Below, one piece after another: positions 44,762 to 56,132 of a stretch of 64,000 nt of DNA. Each line of letters opens with the position of its first letter. The first letter of the stretch is position 1. Under the pieces are notes generated by a model, which was given only the letters and a program-made list of their open reading frames with translations, was not told the DNA's origin and did not search any database. A program made the position numbers and the translations under genes. Origin of the DNA: Epithemia pelagica (Eukaryota > Protista > Bacillariophyta); NCBI GenBank assembly GCA_946965045.2, contig OX337228.1:1612001-1676000 (forward strand). Direction: 5' to 3'.

Positions 44762-46468
44762 TTATGATGGCGATACTCGTAACAAGCCTTCCTCCTCTAC
44801 CATGTCCATTGCTGTGCGAAACATGCCTGCATACATGGCCACATCAATCATGGGTTCCTCCTCGTCGAATGGCTCTTCCATCCCATCGCCCCGTTCCGCA
44901 TACTCGTCACTGTCGCCGCCATCATCCTCGTCATCCGTTCCTGTAGATTCCTTACCTCCTGTCAGGGAGGACTCGGTACCAGACTCTTTTATCCTCGAGG
45001 CATATTCTTGTTCAATGGACGTCAGACGGTCCTCCCACGCCAAATCACTTGCAGTTAACTGTTTATGGTTCCCAGCCCGTGCCTGCAAGACCATAGTTCG
45101 GAGTGCCTCTTGCGGCGGACCCATCCAGCGGGCAGCTTGAGATCGACCGTCTCGTCCTGTGAGTTTCGCCGAACAATATTCAATGGCCTCTTCCAAAGAG
45201 CTTTGTGGTCCATCCGAATGTTCTTCAATTTCATCCGTGTATTCCATGACATGGTCAAAGACATTGAAAAATGCCAAATAGTACGCGCAAAACACATTGG
45301 ACTTGATGGCGCGCACCAAATGGACTTGCGCATCATCTTCCTGTATGATTGCTTCCTCCTTATTCTCGGAAGTCGGTGTGGAATGAAGGCTTTGGATGGC
45401 AACCCATGCCGTCGAATATCGGATCCAAACAGATGTATCCAGTGACAATCGTACAGATCCCAGACGCCACGCTGATTCCTGTTTTTGTAATTGTAAATAA
45501 AGACGCATCAGAGATTCACGCGCCGACGTAATGGTAATGGGACTTTGTGGTGTTGATTGGGGATTGGTTGATTCGGCATCCTTCTGTGCGAATGCGGAAT
45601 GGTCCTTGTCGTCTCCCTCCAACTCTAGACATTCCAACCATGCCTTTCGCGCCGACGCAAACTGCTTTGCTTCCACACTCAAATGACCTAATTGCATCAA
45701 GAGTGACAAATACTCTCGAGCACAGGACTCCAAAGAAGGAACAGCGCTATCGTCCCTGGCTTCCGAGTCTTCGTCAGGATTCTCCCTGGCACTCGCCAAC
45801 TGTCCAAACCTCCCCTTGTAGACGGCTAAAATATTTTGGGTGCGTTGAGCTTTGACTTTGGCATCGGCATGAGCTTGGATATGGGGATCAACGTAACGTG
45901 TATCGAAATCGTACACTTGCCAGGCGGGTCGAGCCGCCCCCTTTAATTTCCATGTTTCGGGACCTTTTCGACGATAGCCATGTTCTTTGCGTTCTGCTGC
46001 TTTTTCCGCTTCCTTTTTCTTCGCCAAGACCATTTCTTGTCGCTCGACTGTATCCCAGTTTTCCAATTGTTGTTTCAGCGTCGCCAATTGACGTTTGGTT
46101 TTCGACAGGTGTAGCTTTAGCCGCATATCCTCTTTGCGTTCAGCCGATTCGTGTGTCGAAACAACTTGACGTTCCAATTGCTTTCTCTGGAGGAGACTCT
46201 GTCGTTTCGCCATTATACTTTGGCGACTTCGTTTCCGACTAGTCGTTGTCGTCGTCGTTGTCGGCGTCTCGGCCACCACAGTTGGATCCGTGTTGGATGC
46301 CGCCGATGGCTCATCCTTCTGCTCTCGTTGGGCTTTCTTTTGCTGCTTTTTCAGTTTTTTCTTTTGGCGCTCTTCATTGTGAAACGCATGGTCAGCTCCC
46401 GTCCAAACTGGTCCACCACCACCACCACCCTTGGAACGCTTCGTGCCACCGCCTTTGCCTTTGACCAT
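44762..46468 (-). CDS. Hypothetical protein (Lys-rich N-terminus, coiled coil, TPR-like helices, acidic tail)
   Basis: Long open frame from MVKGKGGG; LMQLGHLSVEAKQFASARKAWLECLEL is TPR-like. Confidence 0.7.
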   Translation of the reverse strand: MVKGKGGGTKRSKGGGGGGPVWTGADHAFHNEERQKKKLKKQQKKAQREQKDEPSAASNTDPTVVAETPTTTTTTTSRKRSRQSIMAKRQSLLQRKQLERQVVSTHESAERKEDMRLKLHLSKTKRQLATLKQQLENWDTVERQEMVLAKKKEAEKAAERKEHGYRRKGPETWKLKGAARPAWQVYDFDTRYVDPHIQAHADAKVKAQRTQNILAVYKGRFGQLASARENPDEDSEARDDSAVPSLESCAREYLSLLMQLGHLSVEAKQFASARKAWLECLELEGDDKDHSAFAQKDAESTNPQSTPQSPITITSARESLMRLYLQLQKQESAWRLGSVRLSLDTSVWIRYSTAWVAIQSLHSTPTSENKEEAIIQEDDAQVHLVRAIKSNVFCAYYLAFFNVFDHVMEYTDEIEEHSDGPQSSLEEAIEYCSAKLTGRDGRSQAARWMGPPQEALRTMVLQARAGNHKQLTASDLAWEDRLTSIEQEYASRIKESGTESSLTGGKESTGTDDEDDGGDSDEYAERGDGMEEPFDEEEPMIDVAMYAGMFRTAMDMVEEEGLLRVSPS

Positions 46469-46896
46469 CTTGACTCTCGCACGCTCTGTCGTGCTTTCTT
46501 GTCGAGGCCCCTTGAAAATGTGTGGGCCAACCGGAAACCGGAAGCACGAGCGACGTACAGACAATTGTATAAAAGCGACCAACGCTAGCAGATCTACCCT
46601 CTACCCTCTACCCATCTCATCTAGGAGTAACTAGGAGTAGGAGTACTCCTATCATCTTGCCCAGAGCAGATCTCCAATGCGCCAGGGTCCCAGGAGTACT
46701 TGTAATCCGTATTCGTATGCTTTTTTGGCGAAGGTTTTCTTGCTTGATTTAAAAGAACTCGTAACCTTCTACGCAAGAGACAGGGAAGTCAAATGATGCA
46801 ATAAGGTAGGCATTTTTCCTTCGTGTTGCCTTGCGAATTGCGTTTGCGCAGTACATATCGTACGTCCAGTTTCCTTCATGCGATTGGATAACCATG

Positions 46897-47625
46897 TTAC
46901 CTGTCGTTCCCCTCCTTTTCAACCCCATCTTTCAGCAATGTGGTCAATGAATCTTGTTCCGGTTCGAGAGTTTGTTGGGCCTCAGCGTTCCTTCGCAACG
47001 AACGACGATCCTCTATGATCTTTTGTCGCTTGGATCGCACCATTTCATCGCGGAATTGACGGGCTTCGATAGTATCAATCCGCACCCGGCCATTGTCATC
47101 AATAAGATAGGAATATCCAAACAATTGTAGACCATATGCCGACAGTAAAAATAAAATTCCCACAAAGTAGGAGGCTCCATCCAAACGACTGGCCCAAGTT
47201 AAGCGATTCATCAATTGACGTCCCACTTCCTCTTCCGAATACACTTTTTGTGGTTCTTCTGGTTCTTGCAATGTCGAACCGGATAATGCCCCGTCCTCGT
47301 TGTCATCGTTCTTGCTCACAGTGTCCTCCAACATAATGTCGTCCATTTCCTCCCCTCTTTCTGGATTGTTGTCTCCATCATTTTGAACCGCTTCCAAACC
47401 GGGAAATCCCTGGCATCTGGATGCAAGAAATGACCGAGGTGGTTGTGGTCCACATTTCTTTACTGTAACAAGAGACGACACTCGTTGAGACAACCCCACA
47501 CCAAATGGAAAGGCTTGAACTTTGGTCCCTAAAAACAGCAAAGTGGTCCAGACCAACGTTCTGAATAAGGACTGAGGATTCGAGCCTACGCTCACTCCAC
47601 AGCTGTATTGGCGTAATACTTTCAT
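46897..47625 (-). CDS. Hypothetical, probably plastid-targeted, single-TM protein
   Basis: Hydrophobic signal ending VQA-FPF; TM segment ASYFVGILFLLSAYGLQLFGY. Confidence 0.65.
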   Translation of the reverse strand: MKVLRQYSCGVSVGSNPQSLFRTLVWTTLLFLGTKVQAFPFGVGLSQRVSSLVTVKKCGPQPPRSFLASRCQGFPGLEAVQNDGDNNPERGEEMDDIMLEDTVSKNDDNEDGALSGSTLQEPEEPQKVYSEEEVGRQLMNRLTWASRLDGASYFVGILFLLSAYGLQLFGYSYLIDDNGRVRIDTIEARQFRDEMVRSKRQKIIEDRRSLRRNAEAQQTLEPEQDSLTTLLKDGVEKEGNDR

Positions 47626-47896
47626 GGTCAATGGTCAAGGCAACACAAAAGTAAAAATGATTTCTTTGCAAATTCTTTTCGCGCCCACACATTTTCTGCG
47701 ACCAATCTCCCCCAAATCTTTGTGGGGGTGGAGTTCCTCATCCACATCCAGAGATGCAAGTACGTGTTCGTGATTCAATCCCAAGTCACACTTTCGTCAA
47801 GATCGACCCTTTACGTTGTTCGTCCCTCCATCACCACACCATCATCATCATCATCGCATTCAGATTTCAAAAGCGATCGAGAACCACAACACCACC

Positions 47897-50080
47897 ATGT
47901 ATTCCATAGTGAGACGAGAAAGACCCTATTCGTTGTTCTTGTTGGTACACCGTAGCATGTTACTCGCTCTCAGCCTGCTTCTTCTAACGGTACCACTCAG
48001 TACGGCCTTTCAACCGTTGGCATTCTCACTGGAGGATGGCCGATCCAAATCCACCGAAACAAGAACAAGACAATCACGATCTCGTCCAAGACATTACGTG
48101 TCCCAGCCGTTGATGAATAATGAACATGACCATTACCATCATCATCATTCAGAAACTCTTACGAATCAGAACCGTCCGGAATTGTTTGGATTCCGACGTT
48201 GGCTTGCCAATTCCTGGCAGCAACCACAACGAGCCAATCGAGGCACCCAATTGGGTGCGGAGGCAATCGCAACCACCGACAAAGATGACCGTATGGTCCT
48301 TCCAACGCGACCTCCGCCTCCTTCGGTTCTCAATGAGAGGGGAGAGGTTCGGTATGCCATTGCCGATTCGGACGAGTTGGATTCCTACTTTGCCGATGAA
48401 GCTCATTTGTTTCGTGATGAAAAGACGGGTGAGATTCGGTACGGAGATTTGTTGGATTCCCTCCATGTCAAGGGAGATACTCAAGTCATTGGATCACCAG
48501 ATCGACCAAACTATGTCCATCCGGTAGCCAAACTCATGCATGCCCGTAAACGACAATTGGATCGTCAACAACAACAACAACAGCGAGATGGGAACGATGG
48601 AGAAGAAGAACCACAATTCCAATCAATGCAATCTCTCGGAGACGCCAATTCTACTGCAACATCCGCAAGTTCTTTGCACAAAGATGGTTGTCGTTTGGCC
48701 TTGGCCATTGAAGGTGGCGGCATGCGGGGCTGTATATCAGCCGGTATGGTTTGTGCGGTGGCCTATTTGAACCTGACCGATACTATCGATGTTGTGTATG
48801 GATCCTCGGCGGGGACCATTGTTGGTGCATACTTGATTACCGGTCAAGTCAAGTGGCTGGGTCCGGAAGTCTATTACGATCAACTCACCACAGCCGGTCG
48901 AGCCTTTATCGACACGAGACGGTTAATGAGGGCCATTGGGTTTGGATTGCTCGATCCTCGTTTACTAAAGGATGTGGTGTGGCGAAGACGAGCAGGCAAA
49001 CCTGTCTTGAACTTGCCGTTTTTATTGAAACGCACCGTCCAAGTTACCAAGCCATTGAATTGGACCAAGTTTGTGGAGAAACAAGCCGTACAACCTCTCA
49101 AGGTTGTCGCGTCTGGATTGAAGAGTGAAAAGGCGGTGGTCATGGACATGGAACAAGGTCACTTTGAAACCTTGGAGGAGTTAACCGATTGCATGCACGC
49201 ATCTTGTCTCTTACCTGGCATTGCTGGTCCGCTTATGAATCTAGATACGACGGCGTTGAAGGACAAGACGGGAAAGAAAAAGAAGTTGGTAATGGAAAAT
49301 AACCTCCAAGGCGATCAATATGAGCCATTAGCCGATGCCTTGGTGTACGAACCCTTGCCATATCGATCCGCGTTGAATGAAGGTGCGACTCATGTCTTGG
49401 TCATTCGATCACGACCCGATGGCAAAGATTTGACTGGTAAATCCAGTTTCTTTGAAGGGTTGATTTACCGTCGTTTCTTTTTGCGGAAAAATCGGTTGCC
49501 TCGCATCTACCGGTACTTTCGACGGGAACTGCATAAACTCTTGTACGCCAAAGACGTTTTGCGATTGAATCAAGATGCGGAATCCGAACGAGATCCCTAC
49601 AATGTCAAGGACCCTCATTTGATGACCATTGCCGTTGCACCCGATTCACCGGAAGTTACGCGATTGGAAACGGGACGAGAAGCTATTTTTGAAGGTCTTC
49701 GGAGAGGATTTGCACGCGCCTATGATTGCTTGGTGGAAGATCCAGCCGAACGGGGACGAGGTGCACAAGTGGCCATGGAGTACTTTCCGGATGAAATTTT
49801 GGACTACGATCCCTTGTTGTTGGAACTTGAAGAAGAAGCACATCAGAAACACTCCCCGTCTCCCAGCTCTAGAGATACGACGCCTCTCAACGAGGACAGT
49901 GGTTTGAAGAGCGACGAGCAATCGGCTTTTCATGTGTACATGCGCAAGTACAGCGTTACGCCCAAAGCTTGGAAACGGGAAAACACCGGAACGGAGAAGC
50001 GTAACCGCCCCAGGACCAAGACGCAAGGCATAGAGGAAGATGCTTCCTTGTTGTCAGCATCGCATGACTCCTCCACTTGA
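47897..50080 (+). CDS. Patatin-like phospholipase with N-terminal bipartite-like signal
   Basis: EGGGMRG oxyanion motif, GSSAG nucleophile elbow, catalytic-Asp region LADAL; signal peptide ending STA-FQP. Confidence 0.88.
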   Translation: MYSIVRRERPYSLFLLVHRSMLLALSLLLLTVPLSTAFQPLAFSLEDGRSKSTETRTRQSRSRPRHYVSQPLMNNEHDHYHHHHSETLTNQNRPELFGFRRWLANSWQQPQRANRGTQLGAEAIATTDKDDRMVLPTRPPPPSVLNERGEVRYAIADSDELDSYFADEAHLFRDEKTGEIRYGDLLDSLHVKGDTQVIGSPDRPNYVHPVAKLMHARKRQLDRQQQQQQRDGNDGEEEPQFQSMQSLGDANSTATSASSLHKDGCRLALAIEGGGMRGCISAGMVCAVAYLNLTDTIDVVYGSSAGTIVGAYLITGQVKWLGPEVYYDQLTTAGRAFIDTRRLMRAIGFGLLDPRLLKDVVWRRRAGKPVLNLPFLLKRTVQVTKPLNWTKFVEKQAVQPLKVVASGLKSEKAVVMDMEQGHFETLEELTDCMHASCLLPGIAGPLMNLDTTALKDKTGKKKKLVMENNLQGDQYEPLADALVYEPLPYRSALNEGATHVLVIRSRPDGKDLTGKSSFFEGLIYRRFFLRKNRLPRIYRYFRRELHKLLYAKDVLRLNQDAESERDPYNVKDPHLMTIAVAPDSPEVTRLETGREAIFEGLRRGFARAYDCLVEDPAERGRGAQVAMEYFPDEILDYDPLLLELEEEAHQKHSPSPSSRDTTPLNEDSGLKSDEQSAFHVYMRKYSVTPKAWKRENTGTEKRNRPRTKTQGIEEDASLLSASHDSST

Positions 50081-50299
50081 ACAAACACTCCCACAAACCA
50101 AAATTAGAAGAGAGCACAAACGCTTTTCTTGGATCACATTACCACCATGAGACTGTCCTCCACCACGTACAAGTTCCACGGGAACCGATGCACTTCATGC
50201 TCCGCCATTCACTTTAATGGTATCATTCCGGAATACAAATGGCCATTATGCCTGCAAAGACTATAGAGAAGAACTTAGTTTATGGTTTCGTTGTTTTAT

Positions 50300-52350
50300 T
50301 TATTTTGTTTGTTGTTTGGAATAACGCAATACTGCATCGAGTGCTTGCGCAACATCATCCACAAGATCCTGACAGGATTCCACACCGACGGACAATCGAA
50401 TGAGTGAATCGTCAATACCCAGTTGCGCTCGTTGCTCGTCGGGAACAGAAGCATGTGTCATTAGGGATGGACTTTCGGCCAAGGATTCGACTGCTCCCAA
50501 GGATTCCGCCAAGCAAAAGACTCGCAGATTGGTCAGAAAGATGGAGGCTTGTTCACGTCCGCCCACACAGGAGAAGGATACCATGGCACCAAAGCCATGT
50601 TGTTGTCGTTTGGCCAATTCATGTTGTGGATGTGACACCAAACCGGGGTAAATCACCTTTCGTACCGCTGCATGACCACCTTGTTCCAGAAACAAGGCGA
50701 GAGCCATGGCGTTTCTGAATACCAGAAACCAATGGACAGGATTGGAGTGTGAGAGACGGCAGTCATGAGAAAACAACCAGCTACGATTGGCTTACCTTGC
50801 TGCTGCTTCCATACGTAAATGTAGGGTCTTGAGTCCACGGTGGACCAAGAAACAATCAAAGGGAGAAGGGACCGCTCCTGAACAAGTTGTTGTCAGTCTG
50901 TGTCAGTCTGTATCAAGGTGATCACTATGCGTCAAATGCAGTGGAACGTACCGACTCCATTTTGAATGAATCGCAAGGTTTGATACAAGGTGGCGTCATT
51001 GGTACACACCACACCCAAAACAACATCGGAATGACCACCCAAGTATTTGGTGGCAGAATGAACGACGGCATGGGCACCCAAGGACAAGGGACTTTGAAAG
51101 TAGGGAGAACAAAAAGTATTGTCCACCACCAAGTAAATGGAACTACTGCTGTCCTTCTTGTCTTGTTGTTGCTGTTGTTGCTGTTGTTGCTGTCGTCGCT
51201 GCTCATTTTCGGATTCAATGGAGAGGGCAATTTGAGCCATGTCGGTGATTTTCAAGGTTGGATTGGTAGGAGATTCCAGCCATACCAACTAGGTATATAG
51301 ACCCAGAATACAAGATGAACAGGAATGTGCGACAAGAGCGTCCACAAACACGCACCATTGAGAAATAATGTGCAACATCAGAATCCACATTCGTTGCTTT
51401 GGTACTTACTCGTGTCGTATCCCGAAAGGGCAGATTCTGGTTCCGTTCGTCCTTGGGTTTGTCGTAAAGACTCAAATCCACAAATTCCACATGGACATTG
51501 TGTGTCGGTGCCAAGATTCGACGCAAGTATCGTTGTGTCCCTCCATATACATCGTCCATACACAACATGTGATGCTGGTTGGACAATGTTTTGGACGACG
51601 ACGATGCCGAGGGGGAATGCAACAAGACAATGGCTTGTAAGATCGCCGACACGGCGGCACTGCCAGAACTAAAGGCTACGGCAAAGGATGCCTGCTCGGC
51701 TTGAGCCAAGGCTCGTTCCAAGGCACCTCGAGTAGGATTGCCCGTTCGAGCATATTCGTATCCGACTCCCCAACTATTGTCATCCAGTGGAGCAGTGGCT
51801 TGGCCCGGTACAGTTTGTCGAAAGGTGGTGGACAGAGCAATCGGCATCACCACGTGACCAATCCCATTGTCGTCGTTCGTACCATTCTTGTGGTTGTTGC
51901 TTTTGTTCCTGTTGTCGTTGTCATCATGATGGTCGAACGTGTGAATGAACCGGGTACCTTGTCCACGAAAGGGATCTAGAGGGACAGTGCGTGTCAGATT
52001 TTGAATTCCATCGAGTGAGGGGGGAATGGATAAATGGGTACATGACTGAAGGATGACAACAGACACAGTCACGTACCAGCCAAGGCAATCGCGTCGGACA
52101 ATGCGAGGGATGCAGATGAGTGCGAATCACCATCTTCTGTTGTAAGACGTGGCTTTTTGCCATTGCAATTTCGAACAGAAGAAGAAGAAAAGCAGCAGCA
52201 CTCATGTCGTGATACATGCACACTCTGACCAGCAACAGTAAAAGATTCCGGGGATCGACAGACGATGATGCGTAAATCTATGACGATAGAGAAATATATT
52301 AACCAATCGAGAAACCCGAACGGATGGGATGATACACTGTCATCAATCAT
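50300..52350 (-). CDS. CTH: Cystathionine gamma-lyase (PLP trans-sulfuration family); exons about 52077+, 51410-51975, 50952-51288, 50796-50877, 50300-50714; start uncertain
   Basis: YARTGNPT, FSSGSAA, DDVYGGT, WLESPTNP, VDNTF, HSATKYLGGHSDV, AESLGAVESL; GT-AG introns join the exons in frame. Confidence 0.88.
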
Positions 52351-52657
52351 CCTTTGATGAGAATCCCATTGTGTCATTGTCAACGATCTGCCCCGTTCTC
52401 ATTCATCATCCAGAAGAGGTGTCAAAAACTGATGGGTCGGATGCAAATTTCGGCAGGAAGATATCGGTCGTTTAAAGGTCGCGTTAACTTGTCACGCATA
52501 ATTTGCGCGACCCTGGATTCGGCCTTTGCACCCGGATCAACACAACAAAGGAGGAGGACGACGGGACGATGATCATGGGCAAATGATCCACTGCAGCAGT
52601 ATCGTCCTGTCCTAGGAGTCTCATTGTCAGTAGCAGAACCACTCCTGCGCAAAAACC

Positions 52658-54685
52658 ATGGTCCTAGCTACTCGAGCGGCGTATTTAAATCGGATTCGAC
52701 GGGCCTTTTTGTTGCGTGTCCATCCCGATCGATTTCGCACCCAATCGGCACAGATTCAACAAGGACAAGCGCAATTGGTTCAAGCCTTATCCAATCGATT
52801 GGATCAAGTCGATGTGCAACAATGGACGACAATGGCAGCGACGACGACGACGACGACAAGTCCCAACTGGATCCAACACCCGAGAGAATCATCGGCGGCG
52901 GCCAAGAATTCGTATCCCTATGTCATGGAACAACGAGATGGAAGTTTGTTTCAAGGACAATTGCTCTTGACCAATCAACGATCCGTCCCTGATATTTTGC
53001 AAGACATGATTCAAGCTCTACAACGGTGTGGTGCCACTCTTCCACCTCCACCAGCATCACCCACAGTTGGTTCCTCCATACCGACGGAACCAAACAACAA
53101 CAACAACAACAGTACTTCTTCTTCTTCTTCGAACCATCCTCACGAAAACAACAAACAGACGGCCACTCCCCATGACGGTTCGGCATTCATAGACCGGTAC
53201 AATATCGTGTCGAATCAAGGACGCGATTTAGGCCACTTTGTTCAACGATTGGTCATGCCAGTTGATGGAACGACACACAGCAGCAGCAGCAACAAGACCA
53301 TTCCGAACAATGGCTGCTTGTGGGACCAAGTACGCTCCCGTCGCATGGCCCGAACCCATGCTCAAGCGGCTGCCCTACAAGTTCGACGTTTGTATCAGTT
53401 TCAAGCGGTCGATGCCGTATCGCTACTGGGATGGTCCTCTTCGACCGTGACCATGCTCTTGAAACGATTGTTGGAATTGCATCATGAACATGGCGGTGGT
53501 GGTAGTACTGGTAGTAGCCACAGTTGTCACGACCACCAGGAACAAAAGCAACCAGAAGGACAGCCAGAGCCAAGGCCACGAAAATTATTGATGCCTTCGT
53601 TTTATCCACTTCGACTCGTCTTTTCACCCTCGTGCAATGTGGCGGTGGAAACAACGACAAACAGCATCTCCAGTACTCCGTCACATCCAGACAGTGGTAC
53701 TACAAGACACACGGCGACAAACACTGCCAGTGATTCGTCGAAACCCCGGCCCCAAACCGAGTCATCCTTCTCCTCCTCCTTGGATATCTTTGGTGGAATT
53801 TTGTATTTGCATCCCTCGTCCACCACGTTGCAATGGCTGGATATTCTGAACCATGCCGTAACACCGGAACGGTTGCAACAAGTTGTGGAACATAAACGTC
53901 AACTAGAGGGGTACCAACGGGACTTGTTGCAACACTGCAATTGGAAAGTTGTCAAGGGCTTTACCTGTACTAGTGCCGACTATTTCCATGTCGTCCAGCA
54001 CTTGTGGCGCGAGTCCATCCAACGTCCGCGTCCAGAACAAGAACACTCGCAAGTCGAAGATGGTTCCCCCAAAGACGCGTCGACTCCCACTTCAGCGACT
54101 GGGACGCCTGCGCCACAGTCCTCTTCTTCTTGTTCGTTTTCGTCGAGATCACTGTGGGTACCTCAAGATCCTTTGGAGATCAAGGTGGAAGCCTCCAACG
54201 CGCTGAGTCGAACCACACCACAACCGACCAGAGAAGCCTTTTCGCAAGCACAACGATTTGTCACAGTCACACGAGAAGGAACCTTGGTCGTTTCATCGCA
54301 CTCTCTGAAAACGACGCATCTGGTGGAATGGTTGGTTCGATTGGCTCCCACCGCACGGGAACGGCAGACGCGGTATCAGGCTCAAAAAGACAAGTATCGG
54401 ATCGTGGCACAAGACATTCAATCTCAATTGGGCTTGTCCCGACCCGTCCATGCCACGGGCGTAGTGACGTTGGATGATTATTGGGCCAGTTTGCAACGCT
54501 TGCAAACGCACTTGTCGTCGTCGTCGTCATCATCATCATCTCCCACAACTCCAACGACCGCATGGACCTGGCAACAAATCTTGCAGCAAGGATTGGCGGG
54601 CAATGCCTTGTCCATTACCGGGTCGGGCCATTTTTGTCATTTGGGCGATGATGGATCTGTCATTATACCACATGATTGGAAATAA
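52658..54685 (+). CDS. TCAIM-like protein (DUF4460/DUF4461-like)
   Basis: N-terminal RRAFLLRVHPDRF (J-like HPD) and C-terminal GSVIIPHDWK resemble the TCAIM termini. Confidence 0.6.
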   Translation: MVLATRAAYLNRIRRAFLLRVHPDRFRTQSAQIQQGQAQLVQALSNRLDQVDVQQWTTMAATTTTTTSPNWIQHPRESSAAAKNSYPYVMEQRDGSLFQGQLLLTNQRSVPDILQDMIQALQRCGATLPPPPASPTVGSSIPTEPNNNNNNSTSSSSSNHPHENNKQTATPHDGSAFIDRYNIVSNQGRDLGHFVQRLVMPVDGTTHSSSSNKTIPNNGCLWDQVRSRRMARTHAQAAALQVRRLYQFQAVDAVSLLGWSSSTVTMLLKRLLELHHEHGGGGSTGSSHSCHDHQEQKQPEGQPEPRPRKLLMPSFYPLRLVFSPSCNVAVETTTNSISSTPSHPDSGTTRHTATNTASDSSKPRPQTESSFSSSLDIFGGILYLHPSSTTLQWLDILNHAVTPERLQQVVEHKRQLEGYQRDLLQHCNWKVVKGFTCTSADYFHVVQHLWRESIQRPRPEQEHSQVEDGSPKDASTPTSATGTPAPQSSSSCSFSSRSLWVPQDPLEIKVEASNALSRTTPQPTREAFSQAQRFVTVTREGTLVVSSHSLKTTHLVEWLVRLAPTARERQTRYQAQKDKYRIVAQDIQSQLGLSRPVHATGVVTLDDYWASLQRLQTHLSSSSSSSSSPTTPTTAWTWQQILQQGLAGNALSITGSGHFCHLGDDGSVIIPHDWK

Positions 54686-54892
54686 AGTGGAAAACAGGAT
54701 AACAGGGGGATTAGGGATGATGTACGAATCCAAAGAATGGAGTGAAAACAGCATGACCGGGGAGATTTTGGATGGTGTACGAGAATGCAAAATAGAGTAT
54801 GAGAATAGTTCTGTGAAACTAGTGATAGATTGAGACACGTATGTGGACTAAAACCAGGGGTGATCGTATATATGCTAATGAGTTTGGTTCTT

Positions 54893-55708
54893 TTAATCCA
54901 ACTGCATTCGTTTCAAGCAGCCATACAATTTACTTTCATTGTCACGACGTTTGAACAATTTGGTCAATTTCGTTTCCTTCTTGGGTCCATCTGTGGCAAT
55001 TAATTGTCCCTTGTAATCAAAACCTTCCATAAGTGCCAGCGTCGACTTTTTGTCCACCCCTCGTTGCAAGACATCCGCCATGCAAGAATCGGTGGCACGT
55101 TTGGGAATGTCGCAAATACGGTAATAAAATGCCTTGGGTCGTTGTGGTTGTTTCGGTTCGGCTCGTGGACGACGACTAATTTCAATAAATTTCTCCATTC
55201 GCATACGATCGTCATCGGTCAAGCCCACCAAATGCTTCTTGACAAAACTTTCATCCACTTGTTCAAAGCCACCCAACAGGTTACTTTTCCAGGACAATTT
55301 GTCCGTGGAACTTGCACCACCACGCAACCTCAAGACCAAATGCAAGGTGGCGTCGTCTCCGACATTGTAATCGTCCAAGGTTTTGGAATCTTGCAATTGT
55401 TGTCCACCAAAAATCAATCGTTGTTGTTCCGGTGGAATCCCTTCTTTTTCGGAAATTTTGGCCTTGACATCTTCAATCGATTCGCCTTCTTCGACTTCGA
55501 TCGAGACAGTTTTTCCGGTCAAGGTTTTGACAAACAATTGCATACCACCTCGTGGCATGTTCAAGACCGACGACACGCCGGTAGTGGAGGATTCTATCGG
55601 AAGGACGCGTCCTCGATGCACCGACGAAAACGGGAGGCGAACACCATGGCACAAGGTCACTGCTGCTGCTACAATAACGAACGTGGCGTGGAAGTTTCTC
55701 AAGTTCAT
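54893..55708 (-). CDS. sUbi: Signal-peptide-bearing ubiquitin (SELMA/periplastid sUbi type) with C-terminal extension
   Basis: Signal peptide + linker ending PRGG + 76-aa ubiquitin domain (55316-55543) ending LRLRGG, with Q at position 48 and D at position 63. Confidence 0.85.
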   Translation of the reverse strand: MNLRNFHATFVIVAAAVTLCHGVRLPFSSVHRGRVLPIESSTTGVSSVLNMPRGGMQLFVKTLTGKTVSIEVEEGESIEDVKAKISEKEGIPPEQQRLIFGGQQLQDSKTLDDYNVGDDATLHLVLRLRGGASSTDKLSWKSNLLGGFEQVDESFVKKHLVGLTDDDRMRMEKFIEISRRPRAEPKQPQRPKAFYYRICDIPKRATDSCMADVLQRGVDKKSTLALMEGFDYKGQLIATDGPKKETKLTKLFKRRDNESKLYGCLKRMQLD

Positions 55709-56132
55709 TATATCTGGTTGTTGGTATGTTTCGTCCTGGTCGGTGTATACGTTCGATGGTGTTTTCCTTCGAGAGTTGCTCCTGTTCAAGATGATGTATC
55801 CCAGATTTCGATGATGATACGAGTGTGACATGTGTCCACGTGGAACATTTTTTGCCTGGCCCAATCGTGTGTCCGGTTGCGCGACCGATTGGCGGCAATT
55901 TCTCCACGTGTCCACAGCACAATTCATCGTCCATCCCATCATTTTGTTGTGTCATCATCATCATCACCATCAACCATCAACATCTCACCATTTTACGCCC
56001 TCCTCCTCACACACAAAATGAAACGAAGGACATGACTGTATAGTGCGGAACGACAACGACCACCGTGTGCCTTGAGTATTCCTAAAGAAGAAGAAGAAGA
56101 AAAAGCAAGGCAATCTGTTTGTGAACGACAAT

